A DNA stretch of 63,921 nucleotides, filler included, from Octopus bimaculoides (lineage: Eukaryota), in assembly GCF_001194135.2 (NCBI RefSeq). It is 6 parts of 5 records of this genome, joined end to end, with 100 filler letters (N's around TTAATTAATTAA, not from the genome) between each part and the next. Parts side by side here need not be neighbours in the genome. Positions count along the whole stretch, not along the records: positions 57,767 to 63,921 come from NC_068982.1; 5 more parts are not named here. One strand, given 5' to 3'. The notes under the pieces are model-generated. The model made no database searches. It was not told where the DNA came from and was given only the letters and a program-made list of their open reading frames with translations. Numbering within the stretch: the first letter of the stretch is position 1; each line of letters opens with the position of its first letter. Position numbers and translations under genes: made by a program. Shown here one piece after another: positions 63,346 through 63,921 of this stretch.

Positions 63346-63756
63346 TCGCACGCACACACACAGACTCACAGACACACACGCACACACACAGACACACACA
63401 CGCACGCACCCCCACACATACACATTACTTATGTGTATTGAATATCATATATTTGGGTACTGTAATCAATCGCTCCTCCCATTTGAGAGGTCCTCTCATG
63501 ATAAGTAACGATTTTTGCGTGTTCTAACACAATATTCATTTTAAGAGGGAGATGAATATTACCTTTTGATATTATTACTTCTGTCGTTATTAATATGTAT
63601 GCGTGTGTTTGTGTTTAACCCCGACCACCGCTCGACGAGAGTCGATGTGTTTATGCTCCAGTGACCTAGCGTTTCATCAAAACAGACTGATTGAATAACT
63701 AACAGGCTTTAAAAAATAAGTACCAAAGTCCAATGGTTCAGTTAAAATTCTTGAAG

Positions 63757-63845
63757 ACAAAGCTGTGAAGGGAAATCGTCGAATCACCATCCATGAGTTA
63801 TCAGAGAATGTTCAGATTAGTCCATTATCACTGAACATTTAGCTT
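63757..63845 (+). mobile_element. Mariner transposase HTH fragment
   Basis: AVKGNRRITIHELSENVQIS...ITEHL. Confidence 0.6.
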
Positions 63846-63921
63846 CCTTTACTATGGCAACAGTCCGGATACTTATTGATCAGACCACGTATATATACAT
63901 GCATACATATATATATATATA

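Noticed and set aside
81-63527. Most short ORFs in the track (YIYI, CVCV, HTHT, polyL/C/T/V/H and X-filled ORFs)
   Set aside because: They are translations of microsatellites or N gaps with no complex sequence or splice context.

Overview
AT-rich, microsatellite-saturated eukaryotic DNA. The SINE repertoire, C2H2 zinc-finger exons and TTAGGG motifs point to an octopod cephalopod, most likely Octopus (my inference, no search run). The window is not one contig: five identical 100-bp joints (44 N + TTAATTAATTAA + 44 N) split it into six segments (1-10535, 10636-18539, 18640-44973, 45074-50072, 50173-57666, 57767-63921), so adjacency across joints is unproven. Three host coding exons are supported: two convergent C2H2 zinc-finger exons (18642-20117 +, 41425-40393 -) and a ~2.47-kb orphan terminal exon (46077-48549 +). 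The rest is transposon debris: a decayed Penelope-like element (RT + GIY-YIG) with inverted terminal repeats, remnants of Gypsy, RTE, CR1, Tx1/L1 and RLE-type (R4/Dong/NeSL-like) LINEs, a deleted mariner, TA- and TTAA-type MITEs, and many tRNA-derived SINEs. The most notable signals are: (i) several unrelated minimal type-I hammerhead-ribozyme-like motifs, one intact in the Penelope terminal repeat; (ii) a six-unit tandem array built from a TTAA MITE directly after the orphan stop codon; (iii) long near-perfect hairpins just upstream of two splice acceptors; (iv) a SINE tail shared with a Tx1-like LINE; (v) a zinc-finger array whose helices suggest 3-periodic A-rich targets.
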